Assembly (NCBI GenBank): GCA_030704615.1
Contig: CM060734.1
Coordinates: 58,838,001 to 58,902,000 of the forward strand
DNA from: Takakia lepidozioides
Lineage: Eukaryota; Plantae; Bryophyta
DNA: 64,000 nucleotides
Reading direction: 5' to 3'
Below the pieces are notes generated by a model, which made no database searches, had not been told where the DNA came from, and saw nothing but the letters and a program-made list of their open reading frames with translations. Position 1 is the first letter of the stretch. Each line of letters begins with the position of its first letter. This document shows, in pieces, positions 51,974-64,000 of the stretch. The position numbers and the translations under genes were made by a program.

Positions 51974-54900
51974 TTACTCACATGCGAAATCGTCGTCCAG
52001 GTCTTTGTCGTCCCTTTCGTTGATATCCACAAGCACTGTACCCTCCTGTTCCTGGACGGCAGGGGCTGGCCCTTGCAAGCCTGCAATGATGTCATTGAAA
52101 ATATCCGCATCCCCTTCCATACCAAACAAATGCCTGCCCCCAGCCTTGCAAGTATGGTACGAAGCGCCTGCAAGACGTTGTACTGTTAGCAAGGTTTTAC
52201 AAACTCTGCAACAAGAAGAGAACACCAGAGATTGATCGGGGTCTAACCTGTCCCAAGAGTGAGGTCCACGATGCGCGACCCCGGATGAGAGCATGTCTCT
52301 ATAATTGTCTGAATAAAAGCTGGGCTCTTCTCCTTCGCCCCTCTCCATGGTGTGGAATTGGACTTTCTCAAACACACATTAGAATCCACGTAGTTGTAGT
52401 GAATGTCGTCCACCACAGGATCAAACCTGTCGTTGATAAAACAGCCTCCCCCATGAAGCCTGAATTCCTTCACTGACGCAGGAGTAGAAGCTGGGCGAAT
52501 CCTGACGAGGCACACGGCTTCAAAAAGGCGGGTCTGCTCAAAAAGACATCACGAAACAGATAAGATATGATTCAAAATCCCACTCAGATGAGAGCGATTG
52601 CACCCATCCGGAATTGAGTGCGTCAACACACACTGTTGCGGAAGGGCCAAATTGCAATAAAATTGAAGCAGAAAAGAGAAGGAGGATTACCATTTGTCCC
52701 GGGAAGTCACCCTTTGTCAGGTACAGGCTGTTCACACCATTCCACGTTTTGATGATCTCCATCCCCGAGGCCTTCAGATAGCTTGAAATATCCCGACAGC
52801 ATTTCGTAGTGATGGACTGAATCATCACCAGAACCCCTCCATCCGACAGAAAGAACTTGCAAAAAGAGAAGACCTACCGCCAGTACCTTTCGTCAAATGC
52901 ATTCCAGGTTGGGCAAGTGCCAGTGGAGAGAATGTCCGGTACCGCCTGCCCGTCCGAAATGTCAACAATCACCAAGTCAGCAGCACACGGATTCTGAGCA
53001 CCATTCACCCAATCCCGCCCCGACAAAACCTGCAAACAGGGCCGACAAAAATTCAAAACCACATCTAAGATGTGAAATTTGCAACAGTAAAGGTGGGAAT
53101 TTTGCAACAATGAAGATGGGAAATTTGCTTACCGACTCCAGAAAAGCACTCATCTTAACCCACGTTGGAGAGGGATCTCCAGTGTAACCACCTTTCCTGG
53201 TCTCCATCATGGCAAAGAAGGAGTCGTTTACAAGCTCGCATCTGCATTCTCGGTTGATTCGGGATGGGTGCTCCACTGCGTCGTATGGCTCAAACTTCCC
53301 CTTGCGTTTGCGATCCTTGGTTGCAATTGGGGTCTGGGGACCAACACCTACTGCAGCATCCCCTTGGGCGCTCTTTTCCTTCCCTTTGTCCTTTGTGCCC
53401 TTTCCCTTCCCCTTCCTTCTCGCCGGAGTGTTAGTGGCTACAGGTTCCTTCTTAGCTAGGTTACGCAGGTTTATGTCATGCAGTTCTCTGTCTGTTAGAG
53501 GAGCCAAGGACTCCGCATTGCCATTCTGGTTCCGTGTCTGCAACTCATACCATGGGCAATCTGATTTGGGTATGTCGAGATACCAGAAGCAGTCCTTGAT
53601 GTGAATCTACCGTAATCCCTGAGGTTTGCTGCAGTGTACATGGTATGGCTGTTGGAGGAGTCAGCCCACAAGTCGATGAAGCCTGGGTACTTGTTGAGGT
53701 TGTTCCCAGGAATTAGAACGTTCTTGATATACCTACAGAACAATGCAGGCACAATATCAGAAAGTGGAGGAGAAACTACATGATGTGTGGCCCCTGAAAT
53801 TTGTGTGCGTCAACGCACACATTTTTAGGGGTCCAATAAAAGTTGACAAACACGCACACAATGGGAAAATAACTTAATAAACGTCACAAGACAATTGAAG
53901 GTAGAGGTCAGACAACAAGAACTCATAACATGAAAAAACAACCAGATAGGCAGCGGGTCTCCAAGAAACGAGCCTGCATTGAATGAGACATAGGAAAAAC
54001 AGTCCAGAGATCCAACCCTCCAAAAATGCGTGCAGTGACGCACGCAATTTTGGAGGGCCATAAAGGAAGAAGATGAACCTGCTTAGTTCAAATGACCCAC
54101 CTGTACAGGACCTTTTTCATGGCTCCCATCTCGGCTCCGAACTGCTACTCGAACTCTTTTGTGCGGGATATGCCCCCTCCCTGGCGAACTCTCTGAAGAA
54201 ACAATTACTCCACGTTGTCGCCTTCCACTGTCTCAAGTAATCCTCCAGAGTATCTTCGGGCAAGGTCATCGTCATCTTGTAAGCATTTAGCTGCTTCTCC
54301 AGCACCTGGTTTGCACGAGCTTCAATCTGTCAACAGACGCAATCCAAAACGTTAGAGTCCATATCAGGGAAGATCCGTCTGTAAATTCAAGAAAAGACAG
54401 TCCACAAGATTGTCTGGCTCCAGTACGTGGCTTTGTGCAGCCATGTATCAAAAACTTGATCGCTGAAGGGCCTGATGTGGCCAGTGTTTTCGTCTCTTTC
54501 CCCCTTTGGGAAGCTATATGTGTCCTTCACTGTTGGGTCAGAATTCCAAATCTCCAACCATTTAACTTTCTGCTCGGAATCCACTACTGTAGTTGACAAG
54601 CGATGCAGCTTTTCCTGTGTCATCTCTGGCTTGGTATTGTTGTTCCAGTGATTCCTTACCTCGTTCAAGAATTGAGGCCCAAAGGCAGGGTCTGCTATTC
54701 TCAGTTGTTTCACAAAGGCGCTCATGATCTTTTTCCGAGTCTCATTCATCTTTAACTTCATTGCTTCAGCCACTCCCTTCAATGTTCTCATCCCCTCAGG
54801 GGTTTTGAAGTAGTACTTTGCTTTAGCCCTCTCCCCAGCCTCTGCTATCTCTTGCTGTAAAAACCAACCAAAAATCAGAAAACAGAATAATTTGAATTGT

Positions 54901-56900
54901 ACTAGAAAATGACAGTTCTAGGTGATGATATACTAACCGTGTACATGTATTCCATGAATGCTCCCCTTGTCAGCTTGTACCATGTGTCACGCGTTTTGGA
55001 GGTCTGGCATTTCGCGAAGGTTTCTGGGCTGAGGATGCTCTTGAATGTGAGTTGCATTTGGCCAATATTCCAGATCATGAACAGGGTGTGTACCAGGTTT
55101 GTTTTAACATGGGCGGTTTCAGTTCCCCTGCCACAAGCAGTGGTATGTCATCACATGTCTGATATGATTCCCGAACACATACATGAGGGAAAGAATCAGG
55201 TTATTTCAGGAAAGACACTTACTTGTTCACGTCATGCATTGCTATCAAGAGCGCAATGATGTTTCCCTTGGGATCCAGCACCATGGAGGCCACACAATAG
55301 TGCCACTCCTCCTCAGTGCTATGATACCTCGATATCATGTTCTGCTAGGCAAGCAATCGGTGGTTGCCATCCCAGACATGGAACATATTGCCTGAGAAAG
55401 GCTATGTAACAAGCCTCTTGCAAATAATTGATTCAAACTCCTAGTTGATGCGTTGCCATATTGGATCCCAGCCTCCAACAATGGTCTCGTCCACCAAAAC
55501 TTCCCTGCCGTTGGTGTCACCCAACGAAACGTCAAACACAGATTGACCCTCTATGTGCCCATGGCAAAAATCTTGTTCAAGCTTTGCAATGTCATTCGTG
55601 AGGGCTGGTCGGACAAACGGCATGGAGATCAACCTGCAGAGTGGAATCATTAATTTCCCCCCAGGAACGCCCATGGCCTTGATGACTTGGGTTGAGTTCA
55701 CTTTCGAGAAGGACAACAGATCTTTTGCCCTGTCCTGATATGGCCTGCCATCGACTTTCTCCTCAACAACAACAAGTTCTTGGTCTTCATCTTCATCCTG
55801 CTCCAGGGGAGCACCTCTCCTTTTCTTCGCCTGCATTCAAAAAGAAATATTCTCTATGTAAAAGCAATGTCACATATTGAGTGCGTTGACGCATGCATTT
55901 CTGAAGCATCTACAGACTGTGCATCCTCTCTTCAAGTTGAAGATATGCATGTGCATTGATCTCGAAGTGAGAGACCCATACTCCAGAGAATGTCCTTCAG
56001 AACAACCCCAGAAATTGCGTGCGTCAACGCATGCAATTTCGGTGGGTGCTCTGAAGTGTCACTCGTGGATTTAAGACGATCATTTTGTGCTCACAAAATC
56101 GTGGCATTCAGATCTGTTTAGAGCTCCGGATGTCCATCACAGCACCCTCCGAAATTGAGTACGTTGACGCACGCAATTTCTGGGGGTCTCTTAGGGACAT
56201 GTAGAGCTTGTTGTAGCGGATATCATGCAGCCCATTTCCCTCTATTCATGGCTGTACTTAGAGATGCTCAGTGCAAAACATGGCTTTCAAAGAACCTCCA
56301 GAAATTGCGTGCATTGACGCACGCAATTCTGGAGGTGCTCTGAAGGTCTTGCTCCAAACACAGCCTCCCTTCCTTGTTCAGCGAACAAAAGAAAGGAGTA
56401 AAGAAAAAACTAGCAGAACACTCATGTAACTATCAGAACACTCACCTTGATCTACTTCACTCAACTCTGAAGAGGAAAAGACATGAATGCAGGGCATGAG
56501 ATTGCATGCGTCAGCGCACGCAATTTTCATGCCCTTCAATCTGCACCAAATGAGAGGAAGGAAGATCAACACATGTGGTACTTTCGGGGGAGCACTCCCT
56601 GATGCCTTGGATGCAGCGGCAGTATTCGTCTGCGCTGCCTGCTTCCTCTTCGGTGTCGCCTCCTTCCCAACAACACTCTTCCCCTTTGGCATGGGTTCCT
56701 TTGCAATAGCGTCGGGCTCCTCTGTCTCCATATCCTCTGTGTCGCTCTCCTCCTTGGGCAACCCCGACCGCCTGGACCTACACAGTCATTTGTTCTGTTT
56801 CCAGGGCCGAACTCTCCTCTGCTATCTCTTGAAGCATGAGATCCAGCTTGCGGCCTCTCATTCTCTCTCTAGCCCTCTTCCTCTCTCGCGCTGAGGTGAA
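51974..56900 (-). pseudogene. Spliced gene: charged N-terminus, ParB/Srx-like domain, helical region, beta-class N6A/N4C DNA methyltransferase fold
   Basis: IPLCRL..VRP..FHVWDGNHRLLA (DGNHR 55357-71). Then ADLVIVDISDG (~52950-82), FLSDGGVLV, EKSPAFIQTIIETCSHPGSRIVDLTLGT|GASYHTCKAGGRHLFGMEGD (exons 53029-52691, 52533-52248, 52167-~51980). Several premature stops. Confidence 0.8.
53791..56535. repeat. Seven palindromes with core AAATTGCGTGCGT-N2-ACGCACGCAATTT in non-coding segments of the ParB-MTase gene
   Basis: Copies at ~53791-831, 54016-057, 55876-900, 56005-047, 56145-187, 56294-336, 56491-535. Confidence 0.9.
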
Positions 56901-57229
56901 AAAAAAAGACTGCCTTCTACGCCTACCACTCTCTCTGTGGAAACTCAGTCTCTTGCTAGTCTCCAACTTGAAAATGAGGATGTGCTGGGCCCAGAGACGT
57001 TGTGCGAGGGGATGTCGGTGGGGCAACGCTCGCGACAATTATGCATGGGTTCACCTCACACGTATCCACGTAGCACAGGAACATTTGTGCATTTGGCACT
57101 GGCTGCCGTCACCTCTTGTGTCCGTATGGCCATACCCTGGATTTGATGTCCATACATATGCAAGTTGATTTTGCGCATTGCGGCGGTTCAGAACTTCTCA
57201 TTGGTTCTGCACTCATTCTAGCAGCCGTG

Positions 57230-58290
57230 CTATGAATGCAATGTCTGGGCCCACATGCTTGAAAACATTTATCCAACCATTGTATCCCAGATTTTCCGGC
57301 TCAGCCGTCTTTTGCACTGGATGTGGGCAGGCACATAGCTGCTTGACACCTGTTTACACAACTGTTCTTCAAGGACTCTTAAACTGTCTGTCAGGTATTG
57401 ATGAACGAAATCCACGGAAGTCGTGGGCCTCTCCACTTTAGAGCTCCGTCTAGCTCGGAATTATTCGTCTTTCACCATGGGTTCGTCTGAAGCGGAGTTT
57501 TACTCTGTGGAGAAGCCTGTCCCTTTCTCGAAGGATGCCGATTCCAATGGTTACGCAATTGTGCAGGAACATCTCCTAGCAACAGAGTTCACCTGGTGGC
57601 TTCCGAAATTGCTTCCCCCCCCCCCCCTCCTAGCTTCAAATGGGTCCCCACATTACCTCCGAATAACAAGCGCACAAAATTTTGTGTATATCCGCTATGG
57701 CCATCAAATCGTGCTCCAAGCACAGGCCTTCCACTCTCCCTGCCATGAATCTCTCCTTTCTTTCCTGGAACGTGAGAGGACTCGGTTCTCACCACTCTGC
57801 CCCCAAAAGGGTGAGGGTTCGAACCTGGGCCTCTACCTTTTTACAAGGCTCAAACATCCTCTTTCTGCACGAACACAAGTTAGATCAACTTAAAATCAAT
57901 TCTCTGGGAGCTTCCTTGTGGCCTCCTTCCACGGCTTACTGGAACCCCACCATCATTGACTCTCGGGGAGGCACTGCTATCCTGGTGTCTCCATCTTTAC
58001 AACAATCTGTTCTCTCTAGTGCGATTTGGTTTCAAGGCAGAGTCCAGTTTCTAGTAATGAATCTGGGTCAGTCATTAGGTGATGTTGGTTTCTTGAACAT
58101 TTACGCACCCAATGGGGAGGAGGATAGAATTGGACTTTGGGTTCACATAAGAGACAACTTGCTGCAGCACCAAGGCATTCAACACTGGATTGTGGGAGGC
58201 GATTTCAACATGGTCGAAGATGACGCAGACAGAATGGGTAGAATGGTGTATGGCCTCTCCACATTGGAAACTTAACGCCTGGGATGCAAT
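57230..58290 (+). mobile_element. L1 fragment: probable ORF1 end plus ORF2 APE endonuclease N-terminus
   Basis: ATG at 57745: MNLSFLSWNVRGL..LFLHEHK..LNIYAPN..WIVGGDFN. Confidence 0.88.
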
Positions 58291-58423
58291 GTGTGTAGAA
58301 TAAAACTATAATCAACCCTAAAGAAAAGGATCAAGCAGTCTAGAGTTCGTTCGCTGGGGAAAGCACTATACGACTAATACATAATGATGCTTTGCTATTC
58401 TATTTCTCTTCATTCTCTGTTAG

Positions 58424-60985
58424 TGTGTGCAGCACGTAAGTACTATGTTGTTCACCGTTTGAAAAACATGACTAGAGCTTGTGTACATTTTGGATTCCAC
58501 AACCATCCTGTGGCGAAGGGGGATTGCCGGGAGAGTGTTCAAAACAGTATCGAAGTTGATAAGACAGGAGTACGAAAGCAATCCAACAACCACCATCTCT
58601 GCAATTGTGCTTGGAGCAAGCAAGAGTTTCCTGGAAAGCCATATTCTGAGTGTAGGGGACTCTGTGGGCAGGAAGCTGGAGGGGCGTGCATTGGACAATG
58701 TTATGGATCACTTCTCAACCTTGAGCTCACCGAACATTAGAAACCAGGTGAATGCATTGAGGATGGGCTCTGCAAACAGAGGGCATATTGATAACATTTT
58801 GGAATTGAAGTCTCGGAGCATGTACGACTATATTCAAGATAGCGTGTTCCTAGGTCAAGGATCCAACAAAGTGTACAATTTCAAAATGTCGATAGCCGGG
58901 GAGGGTAGCGGAGTGAGTCTTGTCAAGCGCATGCAAAAAGATGGCGATCTGCAGAACTGTTTCCTTATGTTTGATCACGTCAAACAAGTGAAAGACTGGA
59001 CAACAATGGCGTGTCATGTTTACGATCCTTTCTACCAACGAGTCATGTCAATTGCAGTGTGTGACATGCAATTGGAGGATGCGGAGTCGCATCAGCTTAT
59101 GTGGAGATGTCTCATTCGCATGATGGCATCCCATGGTGTCTCATCCCCAAATTTCGTTGGTTTTATGGCCGACAGTGCTCAAGCAAATTTCAATGTTGTT
59201 CGCATTGTGTTCGGTTCAGGAGATCCAAAAGTGCCAATGCCAGGAAGAGAGCGAACATGTCTTTTCCATTGGACACAGTCCCTTGAGAAACATACCAAGG
59301 CAGACATCAACCGGACATGCGGGCGATTCATCTTAAGCTATCCAAGCAGTACAAAGATGCCAAAAGCATGGCGGAGGCGAATATTTTGTTCCAGTCAATT
59401 CATGCCTGGTGGTTCTCATCTGGGGCTGTATCAGAAGACAGTATGAGAGTGCTGGAAGACTGGCTAGCATTTTGGCACTTCCGGTACAGACAATGGGGAG
59501 CATGCATGACAACGGTACCTGAATTTCAGATCATGAATTCTCATTGGCTTTGTATGCATTTTCAATCATGTCTGCAGTCGTGGGGTGCACCTGTTTGTTC
59601 TCATGTGGGTTTTCCCTTTCTGCAGCACTTGTCAATTGAGGAGATGGCGGACTTGCCCTCTTGCAATCTAGCGGAGACAGTGCACAATGCCGCAGTCTGG
59701 AAAGCGGGGGCGGGATTTGTATCTGGCGACGGCAAAATGATCTCATCCGAGCTCTGCAGCAACAAACGAGATAACGTAATTTCTTGAGGGGTGGCGTTGG
59801 TAGCAAAGGCCCTGACAAGTCTGAGTTGATGTTGCGAGTTGCAAAAAGATCGAGGGATCCAAACAAAATTGCTAGAGTTGTCAGCATGTGTGCGGAGGAA
59901 ACTCCTCTGGTGTCCAGAGTTCCCCATCTGGAGGGCGATGAGAGATTCGGGTCCTGTAAACGGAAATTGAACACCCCTCCTGGGTCGGATGCAGACTCAC
60001 ACATGGTGAACAGGGACAACTTCTCCATTCCACGTGTTCCATTGCATGAGAGGTTCGTCTCTGGAATATCCAGTGCGGAGCAACGTTTCTCACAAAGCAC
60101 GCCAACATCTCCCACTATCAATGAGTCCAGCGTGCTCTAGCCTGTGGTGGAGTCCACCTGCTCCGACGAAGTGTGGCACATAGAACTGACCAGAGCTGGG
60201 TCTCGAGTGAAGTGCTCCGCAATCAGAGCCACCAATCGTGAGAAGTGCAAGTCTTCATATCCAGAGGCAGTGCCTGTACTTCGGCACCAACCTTCACCGG
60301 TTTGTTCCAGCCTTAAGGGCAGCCAGAGGCAAAAAACCACAAATTCTGGTTCTGCGCTGACGAGTGTGGTAGGTGCGTGCGTGGGACCGTGCGACCATCA
60401 GTGGTCATGAAGCCTCCTCCACCGAGCGTTTGGCCTGTCAAGGTGGGGACAAATCTCACAAGTCAGGAGATTGCAATGTTGGAGGAGGCAGGGTTCTCCC
60501 TTCAGCGAGAAGCTTCTTTGCGTGCAAGTGCTTCCACTTCAGGAAGTTCTAGAGTGCCACTAGCCAACCCAGATGCATGGCCAACAAAAAGAAATGGGAA
60601 GGTAGTATGTCGTTTCCCTCCAACTGCCGAGCACTTCGGCAAGGTGGAATCCGCTCGAATGCTTCTAGGACATGTTGCAGGCACTACGGAAGTTGCAGAT
60701 CCCGGGTATGGTCGGATCTACACTATGATGACCGCTATATCTGCTATCCATGACAGATTCTACGACATCACAGTTTCAAATTTCCCCAACTGCGCCTGTC
60801 CTGATTTTGTTGGCATGCTTTCAACAAGTTTGGGAAAGAGATGCAAATTTGTACCCTGCAAGCATCTTTATTTTATCTTCCTGAACAGAATGATTTGTGA
60901 TCCCAAACGCGACATCTTCATTCACCGGGCCACCATGAGTTTCGACGAGGTGAATACACTTATGCAGCGGGATAGAAGTACATAG
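58424..60985 (+). mobile_element. MULE-type DDE transposase remnant with GCM/WRKY-like finger and SWIM finger
   Basis: CAARKY..VHFGFHNHP; FLMFDHV, FMADSAQA, CLFH, CNLAETVHN; YDITV..CACPDF..CKHLYFI; frameshifts and an intron. Confidence 0.85.
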
Positions 60986-61179
60986 GAAGAAGCTGACTTT
61001 CGTCCAATGCAATTTCCACGACTGAGGAATGTGTGCCATTTTAATAGTGTGATCAATGCAAAATAAATGGGATGGATAAGCATTTGTCGACATGTTTCCG
61101 GTTTCCCATTTCCGGTGTTTTCATATTCTATTTATCCTGAATGAATGCCACGACAATAGGTCCCTCGGCTATAGGCGCT

Positions 61180-61415
61180 ACATGTTTCTGTTGACATGGC
61201 GTCTGCCACGTTGGCGAATCCCACGTGGACATGTGGACTGCCATGTAGGCATGTTGACTGCCACATCATGTTGTTCACTGCCATGTCATCACGCTCATGC
61301 CACGTCACCCTCACGCTCACGCCACATCAGCTTCTGGTCCCTCACGCTCGCGCCATGTCAGCATAGCGTGAGCGCACGCTCACGTGCTTATGCTCATGCT
61401 CACGCTCACGCGGTA
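61180..61415. repeat. Subterminal-type CCACGT/CTCACG repeats after the transposase
   Basis: Dense gccacgt, gccatgt and ctcacgctcacg motifs. Confidence 0.55.
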
Positions 61416-62720
61416 GCGTTGTTGGAATCCATGGAGCACTGCCTCTTGCTGTGCAACCTCTCAAGTAGAATCTGGCAGATGGTTCTAGCCTTCTACTCCC
61501 ACTGGGACACATTTCCTTCACCTCCCTTGCCTTCTTTGCTTCTTCTCAACTACCACCCTGCTCAACCACATAATACATGTCATGTCTAGGCTGCTCTTAG
61601 GGCTCTCACACTTTGGAATCTGTGGAAAGTCAGGTTACCGACATCCAAGCTGAGGGTAGAATGCTACTGGTAACCCCAGACAACCTCAGTCAAATTTTGT
61701 GATAAAAAGCTAAGGAAACAAGCATACAGACACCAATTTATGGTCTAAAAAGGGTACAAAATACAGAAACGCAAGCTAGGATGAGCCCATGGAAGTACTG
61801 CACTATCATGATCCAGATACAGATTTAACAAAACCATCAGGTTCCCATCTGCTGGAACCAACGGACGGGAACTTCAAGATAATTGTGCAACTAAGAGAAG
61901 AACAACAATGATACCTGAAGGCTCAACACACAAAGACATTAGTAGTGAGAGAAACATACCAGCACCACTGAGAAACACAAAGAGAAACTGAGCCATAAGA
62001 GTGTTGACATTAGCAACCAGCAAGCTAAAAGGTGCATGGGTTTTTGAGGGGAAACCCCCCAGAGGCAGATCGGTGTTGTTTTGTACTTACCACGATCTGT
62101 TAACTGAGGGGAGGAAAGCGTGGTTCAATGTCTGTGCAGCTCTTCCCAAAACTTCGGAGCAACGAGGGAGGAAATTGCTTCAAGATTTCCACGACTCCCG
62201 GGGCAAAGGCAGCTTGCTCGGCTCCAATATTTCCAACACACATTTTGCGTGGCACCAATCAATCCCCTCCCATTGGGAGGTCCCCTGGTGAAGGGGATGA
62301 TGTTGATTACAATTGGCGGCACAGGCGGGCTAGGGACCCAAATTCCAAGCTCAGCTCAAGTTCTGAATGCAGCACATTTGTGTTCTGCTCCCCCAACTCG
62401 CCTTCTCTCCCTCCCTGCTACTGAGAACACTCATGGACAGTATATCCCCAGCCACTCAGCACTCACTAGATAATCATCTAGTCTAGTAGGTCCTTCCTCT
62501 TATCACCGCACTCACTTCATTCCCTCATCGCAATTCAAGCTCTCTGCTCTTCGTCTCTCTCTACCCCTCTGTAGCAAGCTGGCTAGGGTCTCGGGGGAGT
62601 GCCCCCTTAGTAAGCCTTCACGGCCTTCCTTGGTGGTTATTTTTCCACTTTTGTGATACTTTATTTAAATAATTTGATTAAAAGGGTCTCCGTCCCCGTT
62701 CTATCAAATAAATAAATAAA
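61416..62720 (+). mobile_element. L1 ORF2 C-terminal remnant and 3' UTR with A-rich tail
   Basis: ESMEHCLLLC..IW..LWNLWKVR (61425-61635); ..ccgttctatc(aaat)n aaa ending at 62720. The intervening part is unassigned. Confidence 0.6.
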
Positions 62721-63302
62721 GAAGTGAATATTCCAATATTATGGAACCGGCTGGTATTGAAAAATAATTGTTTTTCAATACCAGGACCCGGCTGGTATTA
62801 TAAAAAGTAATACCCGCCCAACAGTGGTTTGGTATTATACCATACCCAAATACATACCACATAGGTTGCTGTTAACGCGCGTACGTAGATTTGAACCTTG
62901 GCACGCTCACCTAGCCTAACGAAAGCGGCTCGATGGATGAGACATAGATGAAGTTAAGAGCATCCATCGTTGATCCATTCTTCTCTCTCCTCTCTCCTCT
63001 CGTCTCTCTCATGATCTCAACGGGGTATTGGAAAGGGTGATGTTTTGTTGAAGAGTGTGGACGTGCATTCTGCGAATGAGGGATGCTCTTTATTACACTT
63101 GGATTTGTGGAGTTGGACCCCTTCGCCTTGCTTTCCTTGGACTCTTCAGGCCTGCAGGCCTGTCTTATCTCAAAAGTGGAACTCTTAAATTGCTTTCTCA
63201 TGAGCCATGATTTAAACGGGAATTATGACTGATCTAGACTAGTGTGCATGCTGCATATAATTTCTACCTCTATAGACTGAAGTAGAGAGTCGTCGCTGGC
63301 GG

Positions 63303-64000
63303 CTACAGCTCACCAAAGACATCGGCAAAGTGATCCCACACGTAGTTCCCTACCTGTACCGGCCAGCCAAGAATATGAATGTATGTACAACTGTCAACAA
63401 TTTTACTCAAAAACATTCGTGCAAAGAATTAGAACGGTAGAATGAAAGCTTTTTATGCACACAGCCCAGAGATAGCCCACCGGAGCTTAATGCACTCGGT
63501 TGTACACATGCTAGATTGGAAACCAGGTGTAGAGAGTCTTGTTGTGTACCTTGAGTCCGATTTTGATGCCATCAAAAGCAGATTTTGGGAAGTGAACACC
63601 TCCATAGATCCTGCCAGGTTCACGCTCCAGATTAATGAGCACTCTTACAAACACACAATCAACTGGATTATTGTAGTAAGTGTGATTGGATTTTCAGTGG
63701 GATTGATCAGTTGACACAAGCTGGCAGTTTACCTTGCAAGAGAAGAGAGAGCGAGATAGAGCTCACATGAATAAATTGATTACAAGTTACCTGCTGAGAG
63801 CAACTTCGGTTTTAACGTCGTCGATGGTGTTGTATGTGCGGGGCGGCAGATAATATCCCTCAGATTGGACAACATATGGTCCATTGGGTGTTCTTTGGGA
63901 AGTTAATATGCTTAAGAATTTGGCCAGAACCATTGCCCAAGTGCCGGTGGGGGTACAATGAGTGCTTGGATACTCGGGGTGCGGTGGAGTACGTAGCACC
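63303..64000 (-). CDS. 3' part of a vanadium-dependent haloperoxidase / PAP2-superfamily protein; exons >64000-63791, 63610-63550, 63353-63303
   Basis: TPPHPEYPSTH..EVALSR|IYGGVHFPKSAFDGIKIGLK|VGNYVWDHF..*, matching PAP2 motifs 2 and 3; GT-AG introns in frame. Confidence 0.85.

Larger units (their letters stand above)
44663..62826. mobile_element. hAT deletion derivative whose ends bracket ~17 kb of nested inserts
   Basis: TIRs CAGTGTTGGGCTGGTA / TACCCGCCCAACAGTG; CCGGCTGGTATT repeats at both ends; hAT C-terminal remnant LGIDNLDKLVLTFK/NWPDD at ~45300-45365. The 8-bp flanks match only 4/8. Confidence 0.6.

Noticed and set aside
55876-56535. CRISPR array (regular palindromic repeats with unique spacers)
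   Set aside because: Spacers exceed 100 bp, repeats are degenerate, no cas genes, and the context is a eukaryotic intron.
51974-56900. Bacterial contamination as the source of the ParB-MTase
   Set aside because: GT-AG introns split the motifs in frame, and the gene is contiguous with plant TEs.
63442-63714. 90-aa + strand ORF
   Set aside because: Overlaps an exon and introns of the minus-strand haloperoxidase-like gene; no recognisable motif.

Overview
Eukaryotic, intron-containing land-plant nuclear DNA, most consistent with a moss or other bryophyte (inferred from PLS-class PPR expansion, a Tcn1-type gag and the repeat style). Apparently intact host genes: a pectate lyase-like gene (-, 24.6-27.1 kb), TRAPPC2/sedlin with an AT-AC U12 intron (+, 29.2-30.7 kb), bifunctional aspartate kinase-homoserine dehydrogenase (-, 31.5-43.9 kb) and the 3' end of a vanadium-haloperoxidase/PAP2-like gene (-, 63.3-64 kb). 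The rest is TE-rich: CACTA, short Helitrons, a gypsy LTR, LINEs, hAT, MULE, a MITE and a gene-capturing TIR element. Two architectures stand out. (1) A spliced gene encoding a ParB/Srx-like domain fused to a beta-class DNA amino-methyltransferase fold, head-to-head with a MULE-type transposase, with an array of palindromes in its non-coding segments (52-61 kb). (2) PLS-PPR RNA-editing-factor sequence interleaved with OSB-type 'PDF' ssDNA-binding motifs at two loci (0.7-7.8 kb, which ends in E-DYW, and 48.5-50.3 kb). Both are degraded in this window, so the functional ideas need intact paralogues. The pectate lyase lacks all three Ca2+-ligand aspartates. All calls are by eye; exon limits marked ~ are approximate.
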